This document shows positions 51,652 through 59,052 of a stretch of DNA of 64,000 bases, one piece after another. The DNA is from Candidatus Nealsonbacteria bacterium (GTDB taxonomy: Bacteria > Patescibacteriota > Minisyncoccia > Minisyncoccales > JAUWAW01). Every line of letters starts with the position of its first letter. Positions within the stretch are counted from its first letter, which is position 1. The translations under genes were made by a program, and so were the position numbers. The stretch spans positions 46,433 to 110,432 of the forward strand of contig JAUWAW010000001.1 in the NCBI GenBank assembly GCA_030601865.1, written 5' to 3'. The notes below the pieces were generated by a model. The model ran no database searches. It was not told the DNA's origin and saw only the letters and a program-made list of their open reading frames with translations.

Positions 51652-51966
51652 CTACAAAAAATAGAGATAAAATAAGAATATCAGAATAACTAAACTCAAG
51701 ATAATAACATAAATATTTGTCCATTTTTCGTCCTTGAGCCATCTTCTCAGGGTGAATTTAAGATAAATAAAAACATGCAAAATAAAGAATATAATGAAAG
51801 GAATGGGCAGCCATTTATCGTGCAGTTTCTCTGCTAAAACCGGGTCCATAATGCCTTTGGTCATACCATAACCAGAAATAAAATACAACATCATCAGTAA
51901 AGCCAAAACATAGCCAGAAAACCTGGCTGTTTTAATGAGAATTCTATTGATTTGAGTCTTGTCCAT
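51652..51966 (-). CDS. Small 3-TM membrane protein
   Basis: 104-aa ORF co-oriented with the radical SAM gene; His residues within TM segments; no family recognised. Confidence 0.5.
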   Translation of the reverse strand: MDKTQINRILIKTARFSGYVLALLMMLYFISGYGMTKGIMDPVLAEKLHDKWLPIPFIIFFILHVFIYLKFTLRRWLKDEKWTNIYVIILSLVILIFLFYLYFL

Positions 51967-51983
51967 AAATTTAATGCAAATGT

Positions 51984-52610
51984 TTAACTTACGATGTTAA
52001 ACATATTATAAATAGCGTAGGCGAAAAATAGAGTTCCGACAATCAAAGCGGCAATTCGGCCTACCAACTGGAATTCTTTCATTTTATTCAAATAGCCCAA
52101 AAAAACAAGGGGCAGGAAATACAGGGTTGTGCCCAAAAAAAACATTAAAAAATAAACTATACCTTTCAAGGCGCTGTGGAGCGTAAAGACATAGGTTAAA
52201 GACATTAAAAAGGGCGGGCAGATATTGACTCCCATTAAAAAACCCATCAAAAGCGGTATTTTAGCATTGTATTTTTTGATTTTGTGACAAAAACTAAACC
52301 TCTTCCATTTCATCAAGCCCAAAGCATGCAGAATTAAAATAAGAGAAAGCAACATTAAAGCGACCATTAAAATAAGATTGAGGACTTGGTTATTAATCCT
52401 CTGCCCCAAATAGCCAAAGACAGCTCCAAAAGTTACGTAGCCGAGCAATCTGCCAAAAATGAATTTAAGAATAACGAAAAGGTTCTCCCTCCTTCCCCGC
52501 GCCTCGGCAATCATCATTGGAGCAACAAAGGGGATACAGAAAGTTAGACAATATATGCCTGCTGACAGCCCTAAAAGAAATGGTGAAATAAAAATCTCTG
52601 ACATAAGCAA
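51984..52610 (-). CDS. Multi-pass membrane protein, DsbD_2 / TauE-like (tentative)
   Basis: 208 aa; about 6 TM helices; Cys pair in TM1 (GIYCLTFCIPF). Confidence 0.5.
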   Translation of the reverse strand: MLMSEIFISPFLLGLSAGIYCLTFCIPFVAPMMIAEARGRRENLFVILKFIFGRLLGYVTFGAVFGYLGQRINNQVLNLILMVALMLLSLILILHALGLMKWKRFSFCHKIKKYNAKIPLLMGFLMGVNICPPFLMSLTYVFTLHSALKGIVYFLMFFLGTTLYFLPLVFLGYLNKMKEFQLVGRIAALIVGTLFFAYAIYNMFNIVS

Positions 52611-52666
52611 TATCTACTTTCATTTTAAGCAATTTTTTGCTAAAATCAAAGGGAGAGGGCCCGTAG

Positions 52667-52732
52667 CCCCTCACCCAGATTGCTCTGCGCTTTGCGCAAA
52701 TTTGTTGAAAACAGGGCAATCTGGGTGAGGGG
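52667..52732. repeat. 17-bp perfect-stem hairpin whose 3' arm overlaps the first 3 nt of tRNA-Ala
   Basis: cccctcacccagattgc-[32 nt containing tgcgc/gcgca]-gcaatctgggtgagggg. Confidence 0.8.
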
Positions 52733-52803
52733 CCTATAGTATAATGGCATTACACCGCATTCGCATTGCGGAAATGTGAGTTCGATTCTCGCTGGGTCCA
52801 CCA
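52730..52803 (+). tRNA. tRNA-Ala (anticodon CGC), CCA encoded
   Basis: Hand fold: acceptor GGGCCTA/TGGGTCC with a G3:U70 pair, anticodon stem CCGCA/TGCGG with loop TTCGCAT, T arm GTGAG-TTCGATT-CTCGC, discriminator A, CCA. Confidence 0.88.
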
Positions 52804-52856
52804 TAGCCGATTTTCGGGCGGCTGAATTATAGAAAAATTTAAGGATTGAAATTTAT

Positions 52857-53357
52857 ATGAGAGAATACAAATCAAACTTCGCAAAATATTCTTCTTTTTG
52901 GTATTCTTTAATTGTTTGTTCGGTAATAATCCTAATTATTGCCTCAAGGTTTGATTCGTGGTCTGTTATTTCTTCATGTTTAGTAATGGGGCCGTTGATA
53001 TTTTTCTGTGTTTGGGTTGTGCTTATTGTTAAGTTTACTTTTTTTAGGATCACTAACGAGGGTAGATTAGAATGCTTTTTGCCCGGAACTTCTTTTAGAA
53101 AGAAAAGTATAGATATTAAGAGTATTACTTCCATAAGGCGAGAACATGTGAGTAAGGGTTTACGCCTTTTACGTAGATTTTCTGTTCCTGTCTTACGTTT
53201 AAGTTGGCTTAATAGATACAATCAAGAAGAGTTTATAGATGTTTCTTACGCTATTTTTAACAGAAAAACACTGACTCAATTTTTAAGGGACCTAAGGCAG
53301 TTAAACCCGAGCATAGAATTAGATTCATATTATAAAAAAATAACAAAAGATTACTAA
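52857..53357 (+). CDS. Two-TM membrane protein with bacterial PH-like C-terminal domain (tentative)
   Basis: 166 aa; two clear hydrophobic helices then a basic soluble domain; preferred over the overlapping antisense ORF 52853-53221. Confidence 0.5.
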   Translation: MREYKSNFAKYSSFWYSLIVCSVIILIIASRFDSWSVISSCLVMGPLIFFCVWVVLIVKFTFFRITNEGRLECFLPGTSFRKKSIDIKSITSIRREHVSKGLRLLRRFSVPVLRLSWLNRYNQEEFIDVSYAIFNRKTLTQFLRDLRQLNPSIELDSYYKKITKDY

Positions 53358-53480
53358 ATTAACAGAGAGACAATTTTTACAAAACCAAAATAATCCCTGC
53401 TGTTTCACGCGGTAAAAGTTGTTTTAGTAGAATTTATAAACCTGAAAGATATTTATATAAAAGCGGCTCGGAGGCTTTTA

Positions 53481-53990
53481 TTGTGTGAGAGAACCGCAAA
53501 GATTATTTTGGGTAGTAAAAGAGACATGATTTCTGGTGACTCATTTCAAGATTTTAGGGAATTCACTTATCATCTTGAGAACTTTTGGTTACGTGCTTTT
53601 GCATATAGGGAAAAGATATGTCAACTCATAAACTTAATGCTGGATTTAAGATTTTCCGAAAAAGAACCTCTGTTTTTTACACTATTGAAAGATTCAAGAG
53701 TAAGAGAAAGTGGGCTGAAAGTGGAGTTAGAAAAATTCAACAAAAACAAGATTTTCCGAGAGGTATTAATGAAACGAAAATTGATTACGCACAGGATATA
53801 TTATGATTCCTTAATTTCCGGCTATGATAGGCAGTTTAAGCCTTTTCAGAAAAAGAATATTGGCTCAATACAAAAAACATGGTTGTCAAATATGAGAGAA
53901 GAGGTGAGTTTTGCCAAAAAGTTTACAGAGAAGGTAATGGATTTTAATGACATTATAATGCGGAAGTTGATAGATTATAAAAAAAGATGA
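53481..53990 (+). CDS. Hypothetical helical protein with a possible HEPN-type Rx4H motif
   Basis: 169-aa ORF (TTG start; ATG at 53526 more likely); motif RKLITH within LMKRKLITHRIYY; AT-rich. Confidence 0.45.
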   Translation: MCERTAKIILGSKRDMISGDSFQDFREFTYHLENFWLRAFAYREKICQLINLMLDLRFSEKEPLFFTLLKDSRVRESGLKVELEKFNKNKIFREVLMKRKLITHRIYYDSLISGYDRQFKPFQKKNIGSIQKTWLSNMREEVSFAKKFTEKVMDFNDIIMRKLIDYKKR

Positions 53991-54152
53991 TTTTCTGAAA
54001 CCATGGCAAGATTTGAATAGCTAAAAAGGGGTGGGGAAGCGAGGAAAACTAAAAATTGCGTTGGCAATTTTTGCCAAAGGCAGAAAAATTTGGTTTTTCC
54101 GTGCCCGGATTTTGTTTGTAGAAAGTTCTAACTTTCTCTAAAAAACACCACT

Positions 54153-54566
54153 ATGCTAAGTCGCAAACAACTGGGGAAATTTGGTGAAGATATTGCTGTT
54201 AAATATCTCAAAAAGCGCGGCTATAAGATTTTGGCAAGGAATTGGCAAAACAAATGGGGAGAGATTGATATTGTGGCCTCGCCCCCCACCACTTTTCTGC
54301 AAAAAGTGGTGGGGGGTAAAAAGAAAAAAATAATTGTTTTCTGCGAAGTTAAAACAATAGAAAAAAAGCCGGGGTTTAGCCCGGAAGATGAAATTGATTG
54401 GAAAAAAGAAAGGCAGCTTTCAAAAATGGCTCAAATTTATTTATCCAGTAATAAAATTCCTCTGGAAAGCCCTTGGCGGATTGATGTTTTAGCCATAGAA
54501 ATTGACCCTTTCTCTGAAAATCCTTCCATCCGCCACTTTGAAAACGTTATCGAGGATAGTTATTAA
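54153..54566 (+). CDS. yraN: YraN-family (UPF0102) endonuclease-like protein
   Basis: 137 aa; GEDIAVKYLKKRGYKILARNW..GEIDIVA ... VFCEVKT; interrupted in frame by a 35-bp palindrome. Confidence 0.85.
   Translation: MLSRKQLGKFGEDIAVKYLKKRGYKILARNWQNKWGEIDIVASPPTTFLQKVVGGKKKKIIVFCEVKTIEKKPGFSPEDEIDWKKERQLSKMAQIYLSSNKIPLESPWRIDVLAIEIDPFSENPSIRHFENVIEDSY
54282..54316. repeat. Family-8 palindrome, 15-bp perfect stem, in frame inside yraN
   Basis: ccccccaccactttt-ctgca-aaaagtggtgggggg; encodes PPTTFLQKVVGG between GEIDIVA and the VFCEVKT strand. Confidence 0.9.
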
Positions 54567-54639
54567 TTTTTTTAAATATATTTTTTATTTCTTCTTTCGC
54601 TTTCAAATCCGTTTCCATTATCGACGTTAAATTGGCAAT

Positions 54640-54668
54640 TGCCGAAGTTCAACTTCGGCAGTTTTTTC
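54640..54668 (+). terminator. Intrinsic terminator after yraN
   Basis: tgccgaagtt-c-aacttcggca followed by gttttttc. Confidence 0.75.
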
Positions 54669-54715
54669 AATTTAAAACAATATTATCACACTACAAAATA
54701 AAAAGCTTGTCAAGA

Positions 54716-54744
54716 TTGTCAAAGTTTTTGAAATGGATTACTAT
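54716..54744 (+). promoter_or_regulatory. dnaB promoter
   Basis: TTGTCA (54716-54721), N17, TACTAT (54739-54744); ATG at 54753 lies 8 nt after the -10 box. Confidence 0.55.
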
Positions 54745-54749
54745 TAAAA

Positions 54750-56117
54750 TTGATGAACGGAAATTCCTCAAATGAATTGCCAGACAAGATGCCCCCGCAG
54801 AGCGTGGAGGCGGAGCAATGCCTTTTGGGCTGTTTAATGCTGGACAAAAACGCTGTTATCAAGGTGGCTGATTTTTTAGAGCCACGGGATTTTTATAAAA
54901 GAACGCATCAGCAAATCTATCAAGCTGCTATTGACCTCTTTGAAAAAAGAGAGCCGATTGATGTCTTAAGTTTATCCACTCGCTTAAAAGAAAAAGGAGG
55001 ATTAGATGAAATTGGCGGTAATACTTATTTAACCCAGTTGGTTAATTCTGTGCCTACGGCCAGCAATATTTTAAATTATGCTAAAATTGTGCAGCGCAAA
55101 AGAATTTTGCGTGACCTCATTTCTGCTTCTCAGGAAATAGGCGGGATGGGCTATAAAGAAGCGGATGACGTGGATGAGCTTCTTGACCAGGCGGAAAGAA
55201 GAATTTTCAGTATTGCTCAAAAAAGCTTAAGTCAAAGATTTGTGCTAGTCAAAGATACTTTAGAAGAAGCTTTTGAGAGATTTGATACGCTTTCCAAAGA
55301 AGGAGCCAAGCTGCGAGGCATTCCCACCGGCTTTTCTGACCTTGATAATATTTTAGCCGGCTTGCAAAAATCAGACCTCATAATTTTGGCCTCACGCCCC
55401 AGTTTGGGTAAATCAAGCATGGCCGTGGACATTGCCCGGTATGTGGCCGTGCATGAAAAAATCCCGGTGGGTATATTTAGTTTGGAAATGTCCAACGACC
55501 AGATTGTGGATAGGTTAATTGCAGCTCAAGCCAATGTTGACCTTTGGAGATTGAGAACGGGTCGGCTTTCAAGTGAGGGAGAAAATAATGATTTTGTCAG
55601 AATTCGCAAAGCACTTGATGTTCTTTCCTTAGCCCCTATTTTTATTGACGATGCAGCCACTTCTAATATTTTGCAAATGAGGGCCATGGCCAGAAGATTG
55701 CAGGCAGACCAGGGCTTAGGTTTAATCATTGTTGATTATTTGCAGCTTATGGAACCGAGAAATCCCAATGTCAACATGGTGCAGCAAGTAACTGAAATCT
55801 CTAAGTCCTTGAAAGGGCTGGCCCGAGAACTCCAGATACCGGTTTTAGCCCTCTCGCAATTATCACGTGCTGTTGAACAAAGAACACCCCAGATTCCAAG
55901 ATTATCCGACCTTCGTGAAAGCGGCTCGCTGGAGCAGGATAGCGACGTGGTTTTGTTTATACATCGTGAGGATCGCTACAAGCCCGACACGCCTAGGAAA
56001 AATATCGCTGATATACTTATTGCCAAACACAGGAATGGACCCATCGGCAAAATAGAATTATATTTTGATGAACAAAGGGTCACTTTCCGCAACCTGGAGA
56101 AAAAACAACAAGAGTAA
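54750..56117 (+). CDS. dnaB: Replicative DNA helicase DnaB
   Basis: 455 aa; PPQSVEAEQCLLGCLM N-terminal domain, Walker A SRPSLGKSS, IIVDYLQLM, SQLSR. No intein. Likely start is the ATG at 54753. Confidence 0.95.
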   Translation: MMNGNSSNELPDKMPPQSVEAEQCLLGCLMLDKNAVIKVADFLEPRDFYKRTHQQIYQAAIDLFEKREPIDVLSLSTRLKEKGGLDEIGGNTYLTQLVNSVPTASNILNYAKIVQRKRILRDLISASQEIGGMGYKEADDVDELLDQAERRIFSIAQKSLSQRFVLVKDTLEEAFERFDTLSKEGAKLRGIPTGFSDLDNILAGLQKSDLIILASRPSLGKSSMAVDIARYVAVHEKIPVGIFSLEMSNDQIVDRLIAAQANVDLWRLRTGRLSSEGENNDFVRIRKALDVLSLAPIFIDDAATSNILQMRAMARRLQADQGLGLIIVDYLQLMEPRNPNVNMVQQVTEISKSLKGLARELQIPVLALSQLSRAVEQRTPQIPRLSDLRESGSLEQDSDVVLFIHREDRYKPDTPRKNIADILIAKHRNGPIGKIELYFDEQRVTFRNLEKKQQE

Positions 56118-56119
56118 AC

Positions 56120-56155
56120 TGTGTCAAAATCCTGCGATCGCAGGATTTTGACACA
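56120..56155. repeat. Family-2 element, perfect 36-bp palindrome between dnaB and recR
   Basis: Identical to 51610-51645. Confidence 0.95.
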
Positions 56156-56160
56156 AAATT

Positions 56161-56754
56161 ATGTATCCAAATTCTATTCAAAAACTTATAGATTTGTTCT
56201 CCAAATTTCCCACGGTGGGTCCTCGGACGGCCTCGCGTTTTGTTTTTTATTTAATGTATCTTCCCAAAGAAAAAATTGAAGAACTCGTTCAAGCCATCTC
56301 TAATTTTAAAAACAAGATTAAACTTTGTCAGCTTTGTTTCAATCCCTTGGAAGGCGAAGGAGGCCTTTGCAAAATTTGTTCTGACCCTACCAGAGACAAA
56401 ACCTTGCTCTGTATTGTTGAAAAAGAAACTGATTTGCAAGCCATAGAAAAAATTAAAAAATATAAGGGTCTTTATTTTATTTTGGGAGGCACGGTTTCTA
56501 ATCTGAAACCAGAAGCCCTAAAAAAACTACGGCTCAAAGAATTAGAAGAACGGGTTAAAAGTCCTGAAATCCAGGAAGTTATCCTGGCAACCAATTCTAC
56601 TACCGAGGGTCAAGCCACGGCTTTATATTTACAAAGATTATTAAAACCCTTCAATAAAAAAATCGTCCAACTCGGACGAGGATTACCTATGGGCGGCGAA
56701 TTAGAGTATGCTGATGAAGAAACACTCTCTTCGGCTCTGGAGAGCAGAAGGTAA
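56161..56754 (+). CDS. recR: Recombination protein RecR
   Basis: 197 aa; HhH start, Cys4 zinc finger CQLCFNP...CKICSD, Toprim domain. Confidence 0.93.
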   Translation: MYPNSIQKLIDLFSKFPTVGPRTASRFVFYLMYLPKEKIEELVQAISNFKNKIKLCQLCFNPLEGEGGLCKICSDPTRDKTLLCIVEKETDLQAIEKIKKYKGLYFILGGTVSNLKPEALKKLRLKELEERVKSPEIQEVILATNSTTEGQATALYLQRLLKPFNKKIVQLGRGLPMGGELEYADEETLSSALESRR

Positions 56755-56756
56755 AA

Positions 56757-56883
56757 CACCAATAACCAAGAAACAATAACCAAACAAATTTCAATAACCA
56801 ATAACCAATTTCCAAACTGTTTGGTTATTGATGTTTGAAGATTGGTTATTGTTTGGTGATTGTATCTTGTATCTTGGTTATTT
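56757..56883. repeat. ~130-bp long-hairpin repeat, copy 2
   Basis: Between convergent recR and rplU; overlaps the last codons of rplU; same orientation as copy 1. Confidence 0.85.
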
Positions 56884-57172
56884 CTACTTCTGTAAAGGGC
56901 TGTCTATGCCCTGTTTTTTTCTTATACCGTGTTTTAGGTTTGTACTTAAAAACAATTACTTTTTTGCCTTTGCCCTGTTTCAAAACTTTGCCCATAACTT
57001 TGGCTCCTTTAACCAAAGGAGTGCCAATCTCCACTTTTTTATTCTTCTCCACTAATAAAACCTGGTCAAAGATTACTTCTTTGCCCTCTTTCTCCTCTAT
57101 TTTCTCTATTTTGATTTTATCCCCGGGAGCAACAAGATATTGTTTGCCTCCGGTTTTAATGACAGCTAACAT
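56846..57172 (-). CDS. rplU: 50S ribosomal protein L21
   Basis: 108 aa; MLAVIKTGGKQYLVAPGD...GHRQPFTEVEI; no rpmA follows. Confidence 0.92.
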   Translation of the reverse strand: MLAVIKTGGKQYLVAPGDKIKIEKIEEKEGKEVIFDQVLLVEKNKKVEIGTPLVKGAKVMGKVLKQGKGKKVIVFKYKPKTRYKKKTGHRQPFTEVEITKIQDTITKQ

Positions 57173-57174
57173 AA

Positions 57175-58212
57175 TTATTCTAAACTGGCAGGTCTTTCTA
57201 TTTGTTTAACTTCCATTTTGGACTGGCCGCCAGTTACCTTGAGCACATCTTTATCAATCTTGCCAAATTCTTTGTAAGCATTATTATAGCTGTTTATCGT
57301 GGTACCAAGATGAGTGCCCAGTTTCTCCATATAATTATTGTAGTTTGCCAAGTGGCGGCCGAGCATCTCTACTCTTTTGCGGATTTCCTTGGCCGACTTC
57401 TCAATTTGAAACGCTCTCAAGCCCTGCAAAATTGTCTGTAAATAAGCGTAAAAAGAAGTGGGAGAAACAATATGAACGTGCTTTTCTCGCACTGCATACT
57501 CAATCAAATCCCGGGTGTTGCTTTTAATCGCTCCAATCTTATTAACCAATAAATCATAATAAACTGCTTCAGCTGGAATAAACATAAAAGCAAATCCCAA
57601 AGTGCCTTCCCGGGGTCTGATATACTTGGCTGTTTCTTCAATGCGGTTTTTCAAATCCTGTCTGAAGGTTTTTTCTAATTGTTCTCGTCGGCCCGGGTCT
57701 TTTTCTTCAATAATTCTATTATAATTTTCTAAGGAAAACTTAGAGTCAATGGGAATAATTTTATCTTCTCTAACAAATATGACCGCATCAACAATTTGAC
57801 CGTCTTTAAATTGATACTGCATTTGATACTGACTGGGGCTGAAAACATTTTTTAATAACTCTTCCAAATAATATTCTCCTAAAATGCCACGCTGCTTAGG
57901 ATTTTTTAAGATATTTTCCAAGGACTGCAGCTGCTCAGCAAAACCAACCACTTGCTTGTTGGTTTCATCAAGCTTGGTCAACTTTTCTGTTACATCGCGG
58001 ATAATTTTAGCGCTCTGACTAAATTGCTCTTGGATGGCTTTACCGGATTCAGACAATCTATTATCCAGAACTTGATTAAGATTATTAAGTTGCTGCTGCA
58101 GCATTAACAATGACTGAGTTTCCTTTTCTGGCCTTCTTTTTAATAGCAAAAAAATAACCATGCCCAATCCTATCAAAAGAACCAAAAAAAATATCAAAAA
58201 AAAGTAATCCAT
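57175..58212 (-). CDS. rmuC: DNA recombination protein RmuC
   Basis: 345 aa; N-terminal TM, coiled coil, RmuC nuclease-like domain (RGILGEYYLEELL, PIDSKF). Confidence 0.85.
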   Translation of the reverse strand: MDYFFLIFFLVLLIGLGMVIFLLLKRRPEKETQSLLMLQQQLNNLNQVLDNRLSESGKAIQEQFSQSAKIIRDVTEKLTKLDETNKQVVGFAEQLQSLENILKNPKQRGILGEYYLEELLKNVFSPSQYQMQYQFKDGQIVDAVIFVREDKIIPIDSKFSLENYNRIIEEKDPGRREQLEKTFRQDLKNRIEETAKYIRPREGTLGFAFMFIPAEAVYYDLLVNKIGAIKSNTRDLIEYAVREKHVHIVSPTSFYAYLQTILQGLRAFQIEKSAKEIRKRVEMLGRHLANYNNYMEKLGTHLGTTINSYNNAYKEFGKIDKDVLKVTGGQSKMEVKQIERPASLE

Positions 58213-58280
58213 TAGATTACTTTAGCATGAGAAATAAAATGAAGCAAGGAGGGGTGTCAACTCAATACTCCAAGCAAAAT

Positions 58281-58311
58281 CTTCAAATCGTTGCGATCGT
58301 CATAATCTGAA
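58281..58311. repeat. Family-3 element, copy downstream of the PaaX/Cas2-like gene
   Basis: cttcaaatcgttgcgatcgtcataatctgaag; 24-nt core identical to 58953-58976 and in the same orientation. Confidence 0.85.
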
Positions 58312-58316
58312 GTATG

Positions 58317-58931
58317 TTATTTTTCCTCCTTTAGTAAGTTAAGTATTTCTTCTGGTCGGTCAACTTTATCAACAGTGAAAATGAAAATATACTTCCTTAG
58401 TCCAGCATCATCTATTTCTTTTATGAAACTGGCAGGAATTGGATATTTACCGACATAGACACTTTTTTGAAGTTGTTGGAACTGCATCAAAAGAAGTTCT
58501 TGACGAATAATCCTTCTCCAATGTTTTCTTTTTTCAGGAATATCAAAAATCACTATTCTTAGTTTTCCGTCCCAAGGTTTTTTTAGAATTAAATATCTGT
58601 TTTCAACATAACTCACAACTTTCTTGCCTTTGTCAGTTAAATGATAAATTTTTTGTTTTGGGTCTTTGCTGATTAAACCATCCTCTATTAAACGATAGAG
58701 GTTTGTCTCTATTGTCTTTTTCTTAAAAGTCAGTTCTTTGTAAGATTTGACACCAAACATCTGCTTCATCAATCCAAAGGCAGGATAAGAGTCGGGCAAT
58801 CCTCTTAAAAAGTCCTTTCCTCCTTCTTTGAGGGAAAACAAAATATAGGAGGCAGCATTCAATCCCTGATTAAATAATCTTTGGGCAAAGTTTCTTTTTT
58901 TAAGTTGAAAAAAATATCTTTTTGTCGGCAT
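58317..58931 (-). CDS. PaaX-like regulator: winged-helix domain + Cas2-like (ferredoxin-fold) domain
   Basis: 204 aa; LYRLIEDGLISKD...YHLTDKGKK (wHTH); WDGKLRIVIFDIPEKRKHWRRIIRQELLLMQFQQLQKSVYV (Cas2/PaaX-C-like). Confidence 0.65.
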   Translation of the reverse strand: MPTKRYFFQLKKRNFAQRLFNQGLNAASYILFSLKEGGKDFLRGLPDSYPAFGLMKQMFGVKSYKELTFKKKTIETNLYRLIEDGLISKDPKQKIYHLTDKGKKVVSYVENRYLILKKPWDGKLRIVIFDIPEKRKHWRRIIRQELLLMQFQQLQKSVYVGKYPIPASFIKEIDDAGLRKYIFIFTVDKVDRPEEILNLLKEEK

Positions 58932-58947
58932 AATAGGTTATTATTAC

Positions 58948-58985
58948 TTCTTCAAATCGTTGCGATCGTCATAAGTTGAAGGAAG
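58948..58985. repeat. Family-3 element, copy upstream of the PaaX/Cas2-like gene
   Basis: cttcttcaaatcgttgcgatcgtcataagttgaagga. Confidence 0.85.
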
Positions 58986-59004
58986 GAAAAATTCATTTTA
59001 ATAA

Positions 59005-59052
59005 AATTTCAACGGCATAAAATCTCAACGGCATAGAATTTCAACGGCAACG
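59005..59052. repeat. Three tandem 16-bp direct repeats with core TCAACGGCA
   Basis: Cores at 59009, 59025 and 59041 (exact 16-bp phase); they span the stop codon of the antiporter gene and lie upstream of the PaaX-like gene. Confidence 0.85.

Noticed and set aside
52459-52728. ORFs 52459-52728 (+) and 52465-52719 (-)
   Set aside because: They mutually overlap, span the 17-bp hairpin and the divergent promoter region, and one is antisense to the 208-aa membrane gene. No coding evidence.
52853-53221. Minus-strand ORF 52853-53221 as the real gene of the islet
   Set aside because: The overlapping plus-strand ORF is longer and shows two clean TM helices and a plausible soluble domain. The minus ORF has no recognisable features. 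Still uncertain.
52804-54152. tRNA-Ala islet as an integrated prophage or integrative element
   Set aside because: No integrase or recombinase is present, and no direct repeat of the tRNA 3' end was found downstream by eye. Only composition and gene content are suggestive, so it is reported as a tentative islet.
58317-58931. Cas2 gene indicating a CRISPR-Cas locus
   Set aside because: The Cas2-like fold is fused to a winged-helix domain as in PaaX-type regulators. There is no cas1, no other cas gene and no array in the window.
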